The notes below the pieces were generated by a model that saw only the letters and a list, made by a program, of their open reading frames with translations, did no database searches and had not been told where the DNA came from. From an uncultured Acidobacteriota bacterium (GTDB lineage: Bacteria > Acidobacteriota > Vicinamibacteria > Vicinamibacterales > CAVPJW01), in assembly GCA_963817395.1 (NCBI GenBank), contig CAWFOC010000004.1:564914-628913 (forward strand): DNA of 64,000 nt, in the 5' to 3' direction. This document shows positions 18,676-28,091 of the stretch, piece after piece; position 1 is the first letter of the stretch, and every line of letters starts with the position of its first letter. Position numbers and translations under genes: made by a program.

Positions 18676-20052
18676 TTACTTCTCGGCCGGGTGCCAGGCT
18701 GGTGGAGCCATCGGGCGCGGCGTGGGCTTGGGTGCCCACACCGGGACCCCTTTGAAGGCCGGGACCGGTTTCGGAGTCTCGGCCGCAGGGGTCGAAACCG
18801 TCGCCCTCTCCATGGTGGTCACGGCAATCGAATGAAGCGCCATCGTCAGCGCAATGACATGCCAAACAATTTCGGTGTACTGAAAAATCACGAAGCTTCC
18901 TCCCACCATGAAGATGACCAGGCTCGCTTCGAGGGCCGACGCGTAGAATCCCAATTCGTTGATCGCTGGTGTCTTCGCCGCCAGCTTCCGAACCTTGCGG
19001 CACGTGAACAGAGCTGCTCCGACGTTCGCCGCGAACAAGATCAATCCTGGATATCCGCACTCGGCCAGTACCGCAAATATCGAGCTGTGGACCGATCGGT
19101 TGTGGCCGTACTCGCCGCCAGAAAAATCGTACTGGTCGTAGGCGTTGTTGAAGGCGAGGTGGCCCACACCCGTGAACGGTCGGTCGTTTGCCATCTCGAC
19201 TGCGACCGCCCAGAAATGCAAGCGACCTTGCGCCGACGCATCCCGCTCCTCGGAGCTCGCGCCGATGGTGAGCATGCGATCCCAAAACGCGTCCGGGAGC
19301 ACCGGTGCAATGAGGGCGCCCACGAAGCACATCGCCAGAAGGGAGCGAAGCTTCCAGCGCGACCGAAACCAGTGCACGGTGCCGAACGCCATGAGCGCGA
19401 GGAAGCCTCCACGCGAATACGTGACAATCGCTCGATACAACACGCCGACCGCGACGAACCGGTGTAGGTAGCGCTCCCACCGCTTCTGGGCGGTGTTAGC
19501 GAGCGACAGGGTGATTGGCACGATCATCAGCGTGCCAATGGCGGCACCGTTGTTGTCTCCGATCGACGGCAGCATGTTGAAATTCTGGCCACCGGGATTG
19601 AGAACGAGCTGTACCCACCCTTGCTTGGTGGCCTCGAAGCCGAGAGAGAACGTGATAACCAGAAGAACCGTCCGCAAGCGCCAGACGTCGGTGACCAGCG
19701 TGGCGATGGCGTAGCTGACAAGCGTGGATTTGAGGAAGTCCACCCAGAATGGATAGGAGAACTCTGCATGCGGCGAAACGGCGAGCGACAGCGCGCTTTG
19801 CGCCAGGAAGAGGCCCATCAGGAGGATGCGCCAGTCGAACCGGAACCGCTCGCGGCTGAACACCAGCAATCCGACGAGTACGAACCCAGACACGAGCGAG
19901 AGGCGCAGGCTTGAGATGAGGTTGCTCCAGACCCACGTTTCCGGGCGGAAGTAGGCGATCCAGAGGTACCAGAGCAGGGCATAGAACGGCCCGCGGAAGG
20001 CGGCGAGCCCTCCCATGGTGGCGATGATCAGAACGAACAACGTTCGCAGCAC
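18676..20052 (-). CDS. O-antigen-ligase/Wzy-like membrane protein (exosortase-locus 'O-glycosylation ligase' type)
   Basis: Polytopic protein (FRGPFYALLWYLWIAYFRPETWVW...) with a Pro-rich C-terminal tail. The start is chosen at the GTG (20052) or ATG (20016) so it does not overlap the upstream gene; the ORF-track maximum is 20196. Confidence 0.7.
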   Translation of the reverse strand: MLRTLFVLIIATMGGLAAFRGPFYALLWYLWIAYFRPETWVWSNLISSLRLSLVSGFVLVGLLVFSRERFRFDWRILLMGLFLAQSALSLAVSPHAEFSYPFWVDFLKSTLVSYAIATLVTDVWRLRTVLLVITFSLGFEATKQGWVQLVLNPGGQNFNMLPSIGDNNGAAIGTLMIVPITLSLANTAQKRWERYLHRFVAVGVLYRAIVTYSRGGFLALMAFGTVHWFRSRWKLRSLLAMCFVGALIAPVLPDAFWDRMLTIGASSEERDASAQGRLHFWAVAVEMANDRPFTGVGHLAFNNAYDQYDFSGGEYGHNRSVHSSIFAVLAECGYPGLILFAANVGAALFTCRKVRKLAAKTPAINELGFYASALEASLVIFMVGGSFVIFQYTEIVWHVIALTMALHSIAVTTMERATVSTPAAETPKPVPAFKGVPVWAPKPTPRPMAPPAWHPAEK

Positions 20053-20089
20053 GTGCTTCTTTTCTCTTAGATCCCGTGTACCGGCATTC

Positions 20090-21541
20090 TCAACCCAGCG
20101 ATTGTAGCAGCGCCGCAACTCGCGAGAAGTCCGTGAACGCCAGTTGCCTGATCCAGATGGCGGCCAACACCAGAACGCCGGCGACGGGAACACCAATCAT
20201 TCGAAAGTCGCCACCGAGCCGTCGCCAGCTTCGGTCGACCCATGCTGATCCCGCATACAGCAGCAGAATCGGCACGAGCGGCAGGTGGTACCGCGAGTGG
20301 CCGAATGCCAACACATGCAATGCGCAGACGAAGAGGACGATCAGAAGCAGCAGCCGGTGAATTCGCACATCCGCAGGTCGAGCCAGACACAAGCCAAAGA
20401 CAGCGGCGCTCATCATCAACGGATAGACGATGCCGATGGCGACCACCGCGAAGACCGCAATCACTTTCGGTGGCCGAAAGATCCCCTGCTGGAGGCCGGC
20501 CGCGTATTCGCGTTCGAGTCCCCAGAAGTCGGCGAACTTAATTGCTGAGCGGCGAAGGGTAATGAGCGGGTGGTGCCACATGTACGACAATGCCATACCC
20601 TGAGCCCATTTATCCTTCTCGCCTTCAGTGAAAGTGACGCCCGGATGCGCCTCACGAAGGGCCGATGCCCAGTTTTGAGACCCTTCGAGCGATACGGCAT
20701 CCCACATCCGATCGTCGGGGGTATGCTCGTAGTTGCCCGTGCGAAGGTTCGAGCCGCCCATCGTGTCGACTATCGTCAGAACCTTCTGCAGTCTGGTGTT
20801 GCGGATCGCCCATGGCGCGACGACGGCAACGTAGCCGATCAGCAGGAATCCAACCGTGGCCAGCCGGGCCATGCGGGTACCGGTAAGCGACAGGTAGGTC
20901 CACGGCGCCAGAAGGATCGGAAAGGGCCAGAGAACGCTGCGCGTCAGGGCTGCCAGGGCGAGCGCGCCGCCGGTCGCCAGTGCGACGAGGGTGCGGGGAC
21001 GGCGGAGCAACGCGATATATCCATGGATGAAGACGAGGAGAAGAAACGTAAAGAGTGTTTCCGTGAGCAGCAGGTAGTTCCCGATCAACAGCGACGGATA
21101 GAAACACAGCCCGGCCGCCGCCAGGACGGCCGCTCTTCGGTCCAGGAGCTGTGTCCCAATGCGGTAGAGCAGCACGACGCTCGCCAGGCTGAGAGCGATT
21201 TGAGCGGCGCGAACGAGCTGTAGGCTTTCCTGACCCGCAAGCCGCCAAAGTCCCGCAATGAACGCCGGATAAAGAGGGGGTCGCATGGACGTCGGTTGGC
21301 CCGGGGTCATAGCAAAAACGCCGGAATGCGTCAGGTTTCCCGCCAGCGCCGCGTAATGCTGTTCGTCCACAATATGCAGCTGGAGATCGGCCGTGCCGAC
21401 GAGGATCACGAGGCGAAGGACCGCTCCGGCCGCCAGGATCCAGATGAGCGCTCTGTCGACGCGCCGAGGGTGTGTCGAATCCGATCTCGACGAGACGCTG
21501 GTCGCGGGCACGGGGGCTCTTTCGAGCAAGAAGCTAGCCAC
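20090..21541 (-). CDS. GT-C fold glycosyltransferase (ArnT/PMT, GT39/83-like)
   Basis: Contains VDEQHYAALAGNLTHSGVFAM...MRPPLYPAFIAGLWRL and about 10 predicted TM helices. The start is uncertain: the ORF-track start is 21619, but 21541-21619 looks like AT-richer leader sequence. Confidence 0.65.
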   Translation of the reverse strand: MASFLLERAPVPATSVSSRSDSTHPRRVDRALIWILAAGAVLRLVILVGTADLQLHIVDEQHYAALAGNLTHSGVFAMTPGQPTSMRPPLYPAFIAGLWRLAGQESLQLVRAAQIALSLASVVLLYRIGTQLLDRRAAVLAAAGLCFYPSLLIGNYLLLTETLFTFLLLVFIHGYIALLRRPRTLVALATGGALALAALTRSVLWPFPILLAPWTYLSLTGTRMARLATVGFLLIGYVAVVAPWAIRNTRLQKVLTIVDTMGGSNLRTGNYEHTPDDRMWDAVSLEGSQNWASALREAHPGVTFTEGEKDKWAQGMALSYMWHHPLITLRRSAIKFADFWGLEREYAAGLQQGIFRPPKVIAVFAVVAIGIVYPLMMSAAVFGLCLARPADVRIHRLLLLIVLFVCALHVLAFGHSRYHLPLVPILLLYAGSAWVDRSWRRLGGDFRMIGVPVAGVLVLAAIWIRQLAFTDFSRVAALLQSLG

Positions 21542-21746
21542 TCGAAGGCCGCTTTCAATCCTATATCTCTTTCGATTACAGTTGTTTAAGGAAATCAGGT
21601 GAACCAAGGGGTGAGACAAGAACCCATTCTGAGAAGAATTTCAGCCCGTCCGTGCCATAAAGTCAACCCTTTCGGCGACATGCCACCGGCCTGCGCGCCT
21701 GCTCTGAAGGGCCGGCTGCCGGCAGCTCCCATGAATTCCCTGTGCC

Positions 21747-21762
21747 TGGCACACTATTGGCG
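21747..21762 (+). promoter_or_regulatory. Sigma-54 (-24/-12) promoter candidate: TGGCACA-CTAT-TGGC
   Basis: TGGCAC matches the -24 element perfectly, and the GC of the -12 element sits at the canonical spacing (10 nt between GG and GC). It lies 7 nt upstream of ORF start 21769 and about 40 nt upstream of the ATGATG at 21802. Confidence 0.5.
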
Positions 21763-21768
21763 TGAGAC

Positions 21769-22978
21769 GTGGTCGTGACTATCAATCACCTCGTCGTGCA
21801 GATGATGGCCGACCAGGCCTCGTCTGCCGAGGGTGGTGCCCTCCTGGTCGTCAGCGAGATATTCCCGCCAGCCATCGGTGGCAGCGGCGAGTTGCTCGAC
21901 AACATCTACGGCCGGCTCCCGAATCAGCGGGTCGTGGTTCTCGCTCACGGCGATGTCGATGGCGAGGAGCGTCGCGGAGCGCTGCAGATCCTCCGCCGGA
22001 GCGTGGCCACCGATGCCTGGGGCGCACTGTCTGTCCAGGGTCTGGTGCACTACGGGGCGCTGGCCAGATTGATCCGACGTGTCGACGCCAGTCTCGTCCA
22101 CTGCGGCCGGGTGTTGCCTGAAGGTCTGGCTGCTCTCGTGGCTTCGTCGTGGGGTGGTTCACCCTATCTCTGTTGGGCGCACGGCGAGGAGGTGCGCTAC
22201 ACCTCCGTATCGCGGGAATTTCGGATTCTGACGCGCTGGGTGTATCGACAAGCTGCGGCCGTTGTCGCCAACAGCCGCAACACTGCCGGCATGATCGAAC
22301 AGCTCGGAATCCCGAAGCACAAGATCGAGATAGTCCTTCCCGGTGTCGACGCCGCCCGGTTCCGTCCCGACATTCCATGCCAAGAGCTTCGACAGAGGCT
22401 GGCGCCCAACGGTGAGCTGGTAATCCTCTCGGTGGGTCGTCTGGAACGCCGCAAAGGTCACGATCTCGTGCTTCGCGCGCTGAAGTCCTCAATTCTTCGG
22501 GGTCTGTCGCTTCGCTACGTGATCGTGGGCGATGGTCGCGAGCGGCAACCGCTACAGGCCATGGTCAGCGAAGCAGGTCTGGGCGATGTCGTGCGCTTCG
22601 ATGGAGAAGTGCCATCTTCGGGGCTTCCGTCGTACTACGCGGCAGCCGACCTGTTCCTGATGCCGAATCGTGTCGACGGCGTCGATGTGGAAGGCTTCGG
22701 CATTGTCTTCCTCGAAGCTGCGGCCGCCGGGCGACCCACCATCGGTGGAAGTAGCGGCGGCGTGAGCGAAGCGGTGGAAGACGGTGTCACAGGGCTGCTC
22801 GTGAGCGGAACGGACGCGGAGGAGCTTGCACAGGGCGATTCATCGTCTCGCGACCTCGCCCGAGTTACGCCACAAGATGGGCACTGCCGGTCGTGAACGG
22901 GTACTCAAAGGGTTCACGTGGGAACGCGCGGCACTCCAGGTTGAACGCTTACACCAACGACTGACGACGGGACAGTGA
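21769..22978 (+). CDS. GT4 glycosyltransferase; one frameshift near 22828; true start probably ATG 21802/21805
   Basis: Contains LLVVSEIFPPAIGGSG and a GT4 core (VEGFGIVFLEAAAAGRPTIGGSSGGVSEAVEDGVTGLLV). The C-terminus is recovered in another frame as AIHRLATSPELRHKMGTAGRERVLKGFTWERAA...TTGQ*. Confidence 0.7.
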
Positions 22979-24153
22979 CACGAGCGTGGGCGGATAGCCC
23001 GGCGGCAGCGCAGCAGGACATCCAGACGGAACATCCGCCCAGCGCCAGACTCCGGGTCGTGCACGTGGTGCTCAGCCTGTCGCCGGGAGGCACCGAGCGT
23101 CTCGTCATCGACATGGCCACCGGCCTTCGCCGCGACGTTGACGCCTCGGTGTGCTGCCTCGATGAGCCGGGCGCGTGGGCGGCGGAGGTCGAAGCGGCTG
23201 GCATCGGTGTCACCTCGCTCACTCGGCGTCCCGGCTTCCATCCGAGCCTCGGACGTCGGCTTGTCGCGGTGGCTGATCGGTGTCGCGCCGATCTGTTGCA
23301 CTGCCACCAGTACTCGTCGTTCGTCTACGGTGCCCTCGCGAGGATGTGGAGACCTCGCCTGGGCTTGATATTCACCGAACATGGCCGGCTCTCCGATGCG
23401 CCAGCGTCACTCAAGCGCAGGCTGGTGAACCCGTGGCTCGCCCGCATACCCAATCGCCTCTTCGCCGTGTCCGAAGACCTCCGTCGTGAGCTGATCGGTC
23501 AGGGATTTCCCGCTAGTCGTCTGGGCGTGATCTTCAATGGCATCGATCCGGGCGTGCTGACCACGGACGAGGATCGCCGGCGCGCGAGGCTGCTGATGGG
23601 TATCTCGGACTCGACCCTCGTTGTCGGGAGCGTGGCGCGCCTCGATCCGGTCAAGGATCTGACAACGTTGATCGCCGGCTTCGCCGAGCTCCATCGCCAG
23701 CGAGCGGATTCGGTGCTGCTGATCGTGGGTGATGGCCCGGAGCGCGGCGCCTTGGCCGGCGCCGCGGCGGCTCAGGGCCTCGACCGCCACGTCCACTTCA
23801 CCGGATACCGTTCCGATGCGCGCGCCCTGCTGCCAGCCCTGAATATCTACGCAAGCACCTCGATTAGCGAAGGGATTTCTCTGACGTTGCTCGAGGCCAT
23901 GGCGGCGGGGCTCCCCATCGTTGCGACTCGGGTAGGCGGAACGCCCGAAGTGGTGATCGACGGAGAGACGGGCCTTCTCGTCCCGGCGAGAAACGTGCCG
24001 GCCTTGTCGTCACGGCTGATGACCCTGGCCGAATCGCCCGACACGCGGCGGGAGATGGGCTCCCGCGCGCGGCTGCGCGTCGAACGGCACTTTTCACTGG
24101 ATCGGATGCTCGCCGAGTATCATCGAACGTATCGTCAACTGGCCCGGTGCTGA
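22975..24153 (+). CDS. GT4 glycosyltransferase (PEP-CTERM/EpsH1-associated 'stp2'-like)
   Basis: Contains RVVHVVLSLSPGGTERLVIDMATGL... and SISEGISLTLLEAMAAGLPIVATRVGGTPEVV. The ORF is intact and its start overlaps the upstream stop. Confidence 0.75.
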   Translation: MTRAWADSPAAAQQDIQTEHPPSARLRVVHVVLSLSPGGTERLVIDMATGLRRDVDASVCCLDEPGAWAAEVEAAGIGVTSLTRRPGFHPSLGRRLVAVADRCRADLLHCHQYSSFVYGALARMWRPRLGLIFTEHGRLSDAPASLKRRLVNPWLARIPNRLFAVSEDLRRELIGQGFPASRLGVIFNGIDPGVLTTDEDRRRARLLMGISDSTLVVGSVARLDPVKDLTTLIAGFAELHRQRADSVLLIVGDGPERGALAGAAAAQGLDRHVHFTGYRSDARALLPALNIYASTSISEGISLTLLEAMAAGLPIVATRVGGTPEVVIDGETGLLVPARNVPALSSRLMTLAESPDTRREMGSRARLRVERHFSLDRMLAEYHRTYRQLARC

Positions 24154-24154
24154 C

Positions 24155-26083
24155 ATGTGTGGAATTGCTGGAATCTTTGCGATGGACGGACACCTCGATC
24201 CCGCGCTCAGCGCCGCGCTGCCAGCCATGACGCATGCGATTCGCCACCGCGGGCCGGATGGAGACGGGTTTTTCGACGATGGCCGGGCGGGTCTCGGGCA
24301 TCGTCGTCTGGCGATCATCGATATTGCGCGCGGGGCCCAGCCCATCGCCAACGAGGATGGCTCGTGCTGGGTGATGTTCAACGGCGAGATCTACAACCAC
24401 ACGTCGGTGCGCAAGACGCTGGAGGCCAGGGGCCATGTCTTCCGGACATTCTCCGACACCGAAGTCATCGTTCACGCGTATGAGGAGTACGGCCCATCGT
24501 GTGTCGAGTCGCTTGACGGTATGTTCGCGCTGGTCGTCTACGATCAGCGAGACCGCACGTTGTTCATCGCTCGCGACCGGCTTGGCAAGAAGCCCCTGTT
24601 CTATGCGACCTTCGGCGGGGCTTTTCATTTCGCGAGCGAAATCAAGGCGCTCAAGGCCAGCCCGTTCTGGAACGGCGAGATCGATCTCTCCTCGCTCGAA
24701 GGTTACCTCTCGCTCGGCTACTTTCTGGCGCCGGACACGGCCTATCGGCACGTGCGGAAGCTCGAGCCCGGCCACTGGCTTCGCGTTCGCAACGGGCATA
24801 TCGAGATTCGCAAGTACTGGGATGTCGAGCAGTTCGACGACGACCAGCGACCTGAAGAAGATCTTCTGGAAGAGTTGACCGCACGATTGCGTCAGTCAGT
24901 CCAGGATCGGCTCGAGAGCGAGGTGCCGTTGGGCGCCTTCCTCTCCGGCGGCATCGATTCGGGCCTCGTGGTCTCGTTCATGTCCGAGTCGTTGGGCGCC
25001 AGTCTCCAGACGAACTCGGTCGGGTTCGGAGAAGCCGCACACAACGAGCTGCGTGCCGCGGCGTTGACCGCAGGCTGCTTCAATACCCGGCATCACGAGG
25101 CCATCATCGAGCCACAGCTCGAACAGGTGCTCGATCCGATTCTCGAGGCGTTCGACGAGCCGTTCGCCGATTCGTCGGCTATCCCCACCTACTATGTCTC
25201 CAAGTTCGCGCGGCAATTCGTCACGGTGGCGCTCACCGGGGACGGCGGTGACGAGACATTCGGTGGGTACGACTTCCGCTACGTGCCCCACGCTCTCGAG
25301 AGCCGGGCCAGACGCGTCGTGCGAGGTGCGGCTGGAAGGCGTCTCGCGCGCACGCTCGGCGGGCGATGGCCGCGCTCGAGCGCGCTACCACGCCCGCTGC
25401 GCGTCGGCAATGTGCTCGAGAATCTCGGACGTGACGCCGCCGCGGCGTACTACGCGGACCTGTGTTTCCTCAAGCCGTGGGATGCGCGCGCGCTCATGGG
25501 CCGTCCGAGCGGGCGCGATCCCCTCGACAGCCCTGTGTACGCCGCCGTCACCGAGCCTTACCGACGGTGTCCGTCGCCGAGCGCCGTGCAACGTGCGCAG
25601 TACGCCGACCTCAAGGTCTACATGCCCAATGATCCGCTGGTGAAGGTGGACCGAATGAGCATGGCCCACGCTCTGGAAATCAGGTGTCCATTGCTGGATC
25701 ACAAGCTCGTGGAGTTTGCGTTCCGGATTCCGACCGAGCGCAAGATGCCGAAGCTCCGATCCAAGCACTTGCTTCGTGAGCTGGCGGCCACGCGCCTGCC
25801 CGCCGAGCTTGCGACCCTACCCAAACGAGGGTTCACCGCGCCGATCGGCCGATGGATCGCCGGGCCTTACGCCGACGCCTTTCGCAGCCAGACGCTGGGA
25901 ACCAGTTCGCCGCTCGCAGGCCTCATCGATGTGCCACGACTGACCGAAGCGTTCGACGATCACCGGGCTGGCCGCGCCGATCATGCCTATCTGCTGTGGG
26001 CGACGTGGGTACTGGCACGCTGGTGCCGGATCGAGCGGGTGGTCATGCCCGGAGTAGTTCGCGCAGGGTCCGGAGGGTCGTGA
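24155..26083 (+). CDS. asnB: Glutamine-hydrolysing asparagine synthase family amidotransferase (exosortase-A-associated amidotransferase type)
   Basis: Begins MCGIAGIF with the Cys2 nucleophile. Also has RGPDG, the PP-loop FLSGGIDSG, and is an intact 642-aa ORF. Confidence 0.85.
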   Translation: MCGIAGIFAMDGHLDPALSAALPAMTHAIRHRGPDGDGFFDDGRAGLGHRRLAIIDIARGAQPIANEDGSCWVMFNGEIYNHTSVRKTLEARGHVFRTFSDTEVIVHAYEEYGPSCVESLDGMFALVVYDQRDRTLFIARDRLGKKPLFYATFGGAFHFASEIKALKASPFWNGEIDLSSLEGYLSLGYFLAPDTAYRHVRKLEPGHWLRVRNGHIEIRKYWDVEQFDDDQRPEEDLLEELTARLRQSVQDRLESEVPLGAFLSGGIDSGLVVSFMSESLGASLQTNSVGFGEAAHNELRAAALTAGCFNTRHHEAIIEPQLEQVLDPILEAFDEPFADSSAIPTYYVSKFARQFVTVALTGDGGDETFGGYDFRYVPHALESRARRVVRGAAGRRLARTLGGRWPRSSALPRPLRVGNVLENLGRDAAAAYYADLCFLKPWDARALMGRPSGRDPLDSPVYAAVTEPYRRCPSPSAVQRAQYADLKVYMPNDPLVKVDRMSMAHALEIRCPLLDHKLVEFAFRIPTERKMPKLRSKHLLRELAATRLPAELATLPKRGFTAPIGRWIAGPYADAFRSQTLGTSSPLAGLIDVPRLTEAFDDHRAGRADHAYLLWATWVLARWCRIERVVMPGVVRAGSGGS

Positions 26084-26266
26084 GGGTCGTACGACACGAC
26101 ATCATCCATCGGCGAATAGGGCACGGATGGACGCGACCGATGATGGTTGGCGAGGCGCGAGCGCATCCGCGCGTCGAAAGGAGACGCGGGCGCCGTTGCG
26201 AGTGTCTCGGTTCTCGGTGGACAGACACGAACGGTGTGGCGTGAGCCAGCTGGTGTGCGGTGCGGG

Positions 26267-27016
26267 ATGGTAATCAAAGGGGAGAAAGGGGTGCGCGAGG
26301 CGTATCAGGACGAACGCCTTGCGCAGGCGTACGTCGGTGAGCGTTTCCGCGAGCCGCTGGGCGCCTTGCTTCACGATCGCCAGAAACGGGCCCTGCTCCG
26401 GCTGTTGGCCCGGCACCGGCCAGATCGAATTCTCGAGATTGCGCCAGGCCCGGCCCGCCTGACTATCGAGCTGCCATCGAACCCGGAGCATCCGGGCATT
26501 CTCATCGACTCCAGCCGTCAGATGCTGGATGTCGCACGAGCGCGGCTCGAGAGCGCTGCACCAGGGGCATGGCGCTACGTACAAGGTGACGTCTTTCGGC
26601 TGCCGATCCGGTCGCAGTTCGACCTCGTGTACAGCTTCAGGCTGATTCGACATTTCGAGGAGCCCGAACGGGCACGCATCTACTCGGAGATTGCCCGGGT
26701 GCTACGGCCAGGCGGCTTTCTGGTGTTCGATGCGGTCAACATTGCGGTGTCCGCTCCGCTTCGCCGCGAATCCCCCTATGCGTATCCGGTGTTCGACGCC
26801 CTGCTGACGGAGGCGCAGTTGCGCGCCGAGCTCGGCCAGAACGGGTTCGAGCCGGTCCTGCTGGAGGGTGTGCAGCACGATTATCGTCGGCTCTCACGCC
26901 TGCAGGTGCTCGTCTCTCCACGCTCGCGCGTTCTGTCACGCTTGCTGATGGAGTTGGTGGATCGTGCGCGCCGGAACGAGCCGCTCGAATGGATTGTCGT
27001 GTGCCGCCGCGCGTAA
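26267..27016 (+). CDS. Class I SAM-dependent methyltransferase
   Basis: Motif I-like ILEIAPGPARLT and motif post-I/II (DLVYSFRLIRHF, LRPGGFLVFD) are present. The start is chosen at MVIKGEKG. Confidence 0.65.
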   Translation: MVIKGEKGVREAYQDERLAQAYVGERFREPLGALLHDRQKRALLRLLARHRPDRILEIAPGPARLTIELPSNPEHPGILIDSSRQMLDVARARLESAAPGAWRYVQGDVFRLPIRSQFDLVYSFRLIRHFEEPERARIYSEIARVLRPGGFLVFDAVNIAVSAPLRRESPYAYPVFDALLTEAQLRAELGQNGFEPVLLEGVQHDYRRLSRLQVLVSPRSRVLSRLLMELVDRARRNEPLEWIVVCRRA

Positions 27017-28035
27017 CTTACTGGACTGGCAACTGGAACCCCACCCGCGACGCCATTTCGAGTGAAATTCAGGCGCTCCGGCAGACGCTGCAGCCTGGAA
27101 GTCTGGTCGTGTCGTTCGCGCCGGCTCAGCGCTCGGCACTGCTCTGGCGAGAACGCGTCCTCGTGCTGGGTGCACACCGATGGTTGGTCTACCGGACGCT
27201 ATCGTCACTGCTCGAGCCGCTGGGCGACATCACCCACATCTTCGGCGGCTTCGACTCCTGGCATCCTCTTCGTTCGCTGGGGCGGAAGCCTTTGCTGTTC
27301 ACCGTTGCCATTTCAGGTGAGCCGCTCGCGCCCGCACTCTACGAGCGGGTGACGTTGTTCGTAGCCGAGACGGAACCTCTGGCTTCAGAGCTGAGAGCAG
27401 CCGGCATCGGCGAGGAGCGCATCCGCACGATCTATCCGGGTGTCGATCTGACGAGGTTCGCGCCGTCTCCGTTGCGGCCTGGTGGCCCGTTTCGTCTGTT
27501 GTTCGCGAGCACACCCGCCGATCCGCGAGAGATCGAATCGCGCGGCATTCCGTTGCTCTTCGACGTCGCACGCTGCTGTCCGGATGTTGAAGTGGTCATC
27601 CCGTGGCGACTATGGGGTGACCAGACGGCGGCAAGGGCCATGCTCGCCACCCTCGCGCCGCCCCCCAACGTTCGGATCGAGTGGGGTGATGTAGCCGACA
27701 TGGCATCCCTGTACCGAGAAGTGCATGCCACAGTTGTCTGTTTTGCCCCTGGCGTTGGGAAATCGTGTCCCAACTCGATCATCGAGGGCCTGGCGTGTGG
27801 GCGCCCGGCCGTGGTGACGGAGGCGAGCGGTATTGCCGGAACGATTCGTGCCGCGGCTGCCGGCATCGTCGTACCGCGAACAGTCGATGACGTTGCGGCG
27901 GCAGTCATGGCGCTTGCCAACGAACGCGAGGCATTTTCAAAGGCGGCGCGCCGCCTCGCCGAGGACTGCTTCGATGTTCGCCGCTTCTGCGAAGCTTATG
28001 GCGGGCTCTACCAGACCTTGGCCGGCCGTGCGTGA
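26989..28035 (+). CDS. Glycosyltransferase (GT1/GT4-like, divergent)
   Basis: C-terminal half contains FRLLFASTPADPREIESRGIPLL... and CPNSIIEGLACGRPAVVTEASGIAG. The ORF is intact. Confidence 0.6.
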   Translation: MDCRVPPRVTYWTGNWNPTRDAISSEIQALRQTLQPGSLVVSFAPAQRSALLWRERVLVLGAHRWLVYRTLSSLLEPLGDITHIFGGFDSWHPLRSLGRKPLLFTVAISGEPLAPALYERVTLFVAETEPLASELRAAGIGEERIRTIYPGVDLTRFAPSPLRPGGPFRLLFASTPADPREIESRGIPLLFDVARCCPDVEVVIPWRLWGDQTAARAMLATLAPPPNVRIEWGDVADMASLYREVHATVVCFAPGVGKSCPNSIIEGLACGRPAVVTEASGIAGTIRAAAAGIVVPRTVDDVAAAVMALANEREAFSKAARRLAEDCFDVRRFCEAYGGLYQTLAGRA

Positions 28036-28062
28036 CTCATCGCAGGTTCGTTCCTGCATGAG
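28036..28062. terminator. Hairpin between convergent operons (CTCAT(C)GCAGG-ttcgtt-CCTGCATGAG)
   Basis: 10-bp stem with one bulge, placed directly after the stop at 28035 and before the convergent stop at 28092. There is no U-tract. Confidence 0.25.
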
Positions 28063-28091
28063 CCTGACGTTGGAGGACATGGTGACGACCC

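Noticed and set aside
21651-21657. Perfect TGGCACG -24 box on the minus strand upstream of the GT-C/ligase operon
   Set aside because: The downstream sequence (GACGGGCTG) places a GC one nucleotide too close (GG-N9-GC) and lacks TTGC. Sigma-54 spacing is strict. It could only be rescued if a 1-nt deletion error exists here, which cannot be judged from the sequence.
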